From positions 557,161-621,160 of the forward strand of contig LVVQ01000001.1 in NCBI GenBank assembly GCA_006954405.1: a DNA stretch of 64,000 nt, read 5' to 3'. Shown here one piece after another: positions 62,398 through 64,000 of this stretch. The notes under the pieces were generated by a model. The model searched no databases and was not told the DNA's origin. It was given only the letters and a program-made list of their open reading frames with translations. A program made the position numbers and the translations under genes. Positions within the stretch are counted from its first letter, which is position 1. Each line of letters opens with the position of its first letter. The stretch is from Candidatus Methanarcanum hacksteinii. GTDB lineage: Archaea > Thermoplasmatota > Thermoplasmata > Methanomassiliicoccales > Methanomethylophilaceae.

Positions 62398-62559
62398 TAT
62401 TGTAGATTAGCCTGTGATTTCTGGATATACAATTTTTCTAGATTTTTCGAAAGTCTTTGTGAATATTGCACAAATCTACGATTTATCAAATTATTATAAA
62501 CTTATTACATAAATCCACGATTAATAAAAGATATATACATGCTATGCCATGTCTAAAAC

Positions 62560-63747
62560 ATGGGGAAGTATCTGGTACGTGAGCAATACCTCAGTAAGAT
62601 TCGTGCGGGTCGTGATGACACAGGGGTTATCAAGGTCATAACGGGAATGAGACGTTGCGGAAAATCAGTCATTCTTGAATTATATGCGGAAGAGCTCAGA
62701 CAGTCCGGCATTTCCGAGGAAGACATAATCTTCATCAATTTCGAGAAGTTTGAGTTCCAGAAGATAAAGACCAGCGAACAGCTGAATGATTATCTTCATC
62801 AGAGGATCGATCCGAACCGCATAATGTACGTTCTGTTGGACGAGATACAGGATGTGAAGGATTGGGAACTATCCCTTTCGGCACTTAATGCAGAGAAGAA
62901 CTGTGATGTTTATGTTACTGGTTCCAACTCAGATATGCTTTCATCACAGCTAGCCACCCGTATATCCGGCCGTCACACGGAGGTCGAGGTATTTCCTTTG
63001 TCCTTCTCTGAATACATGGAGATGCATGGATACACCGATAGGGAGAAGGCATTCATCGAATATCTTGAATGTGGGGGGTTACCGGGAGTAGACCCTTCGA
63101 GGGATCAAAGGTACAGGCAGGACTATCTCCAGGGCGTATACAACACCATCGTCGTCAAGGACGTACTGAGGCACGTCAACGTTAGCGACCCCATGAAGGT
63201 GGAGGCGATTGCGAGGTTCCTATATGCAAATATAGGCAACATCACTAGCAAGTCTTCCGTAGCGGAGGGCACAGGAATCCCCGAGTCCACTGTGGGGATA
63301 TATATGAAGGCCATGGAGGATGCGTTCCTCATACTCCCATGCGACCGTTACGATATGGTAGGAAAGAAATTGTTTTCGACCATCGGGAAATATTATGTCA
63401 CCGATCTGGGGATGAGGAAAGCCGTTCTGAATATCGCCGCAGGCACCGACATAAGCAAACCTTTGGAGAATCTCGTATACGTTGAACTGCTACGCAGAGG
63501 GTATAACGTCAGGGTCGGATGTTACAGGGATTCTGAGGTGGATTTCATCGCCGTGAGATACGACACCATGGAGTACATCCAGGTATGTCAGACTATGATG
63601 TCGGATGACACCAGGAAACGGGAGATCAAACCTCTGACGAGGCCGAAGGACAATTATGTTAAGACTGTCTTGACTCTGGACCGCTTCGGTCTTGGGAACG
63701 AGAACGGGATACTGATTAGGAATGTTTTGGATTGGTTGCTGGAGTAA
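62560..63747 (+). CDS. AAA-family ATPase with DUF4143 C-terminal domain (COG1373-type)
   Basis: Walker A GMRRCGKS and Walker B VLLDEIQ; 395 aa; sits in an AT-rich segment. Confidence 0.7.
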   Translation: MGKYLVREQYLSKIRAGRDDTGVIKVITGMRRCGKSVILELYAEELRQSGISEEDIIFINFEKFEFQKIKTSEQLNDYLHQRIDPNRIMYVLLDEIQDVKDWELSLSALNAEKNCDVYVTGSNSDMLSSQLATRISGRHTEVEVFPLSFSEYMEMHGYTDREKAFIEYLECGGLPGVDPSRDQRYRQDYLQGVYNTIVVKDVLRHVNVSDPMKVEAIARFLYANIGNITSKSSVAEGTGIPESTVGIYMKAMEDAFLILPCDRYDMVGKKLFSTIGKYYVTDLGMRKAVLNIAAGTDISKPLENLVYVELLRRGYNVRVGCYRDSEVDFIAVRYDTMEYIQVCQTMMSDDTRKREIKPLTRPKDNYVKTVLTLDRFGLGNENGILIRNVLDWLLE

Positions 63748-63936
63748 TTTTGATAATTATGGGGTTTCTGTTTTTATGACGTCATCGACAAAGGATATGG
63801 GATCGGCATCAGTTACTGCGTGATTGATCGTTTCTGATGTTAATGATAAATGAAGGCTATTAATCAACGGTACGTACCAATATACTCTACACGATACCAT
63901 GCCGTATCTGATTTTTTCATGTCTGGCCTATGTATA

Positions 63937-63976
63937 GGGCGGATCCCGGCGGGTCCGCATCAGATTCGAGTTCGAA
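63937..63976 (+). repeat. Direct repeat copy 2 (partial tRNA-Arg 3' end plus downstream motif)
   Basis: GGATCCCGGCGGGTCCGCATCAGATTCGAGTTCGAATCCC; about 33 of 40 positions identical to copy 1. Confidence 0.55.
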
Positions 63977-64000
63977 TCCCACGTTGACATTTAAATAGTA

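Noticed and set aside
1-64000. CRISPR arrays, IS/transposase genes, integrase genes.
   Set aside because: No regularly spaced short repeats, no transposase or integrase-like ORFs, and no terminal inverted repeats were seen. The only repeat structures are those reported: the tRNA-Arg 3' end duplication and the 12-nt promoter repeats.

Overview
This 64 kb window is chromosomal DNA from a methanogenic archaeon. Gene content points to a methylotrophic methanogen with reduced methylotrophy modules, consistent with Methanomassiliicoccales or Methanomethylophilaceae; that placement is inference only. GC is moderate and gene density is high, with many 4-nt start/stop overlaps.

The window opens with translation and RNA-processing genes. 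On the minus strand are a serS fragment, a YhbY-like RNA-binding protein and RNase P protein Rpp21. On the plus strand follow L10e, Dph2, a preQ0/archaeosine cluster (queD-queC-queE), Fe-S carriers (NifX-like, Mrp/NBP35), a sodium:solute symporter, an MFS transporter, sufCB, PUA, HD and RtcB proteins, tRNA-His and argF. A DNA-metabolism cluster comes next: a GAN/RecJ-like DHH protein, an RNase-H-like exonuclease and a metallophosphoesterase.

The core of the window is a methanogenesis island spanning about 23.0-46.7 kb. It begins with a methyl-corrinoid module: a corrinoid protein, a hydantoinase-family ATPase, a MtaA/MtbA-type CoM methyltransferase, RamA and a DUF169 protein. An Lrp regulator follows. 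A YcaO sits immediately upstream of mcrBDGA. Next come several uncharacterised small genes, a PRC-barrel protein and a divergently transcribed winged-helix protein. The island ends with the Mcr activation set atwA-mcrC-mmp3-mmp6-mmp5-mmp15-mmp17-mmp7.

Downstream are a DUF123 nuclease, an FAD-linked oxidase and two HAD hydrolase paralogs. A 300-nt minus-strand locus matches RNase P RNA in several conserved regions; no ORF covers it. The window then continues with FprA, tRNA-Leu, RarA, an IPMDH/IDH-family dehydrogenase, deoxyhypusine synthase, an aldehyde dehydrogenase and an H+-pyrophosphatase. The last block holds rpoE', spt4, DUF359 dephospho-CoA kinase, S24e, S27ae and tRNA-Arg. After tRNA-Arg comes an AT-rich segment flanked by 40-nt direct repeats of the tRNA 3' end. 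This segment encodes a DUF4143 ATPase.

The supplied ORF track treats GTG and TTG as Met; several starts were re-placed on the nearest ATG. Most promoters are AT-rich TATA boxes about 25-30 nt upstream of the start codon, implying leaderless transcripts. The mcr operon is the exception: it has a 5'UTR of about 60 nt and a strong GGAGG site.
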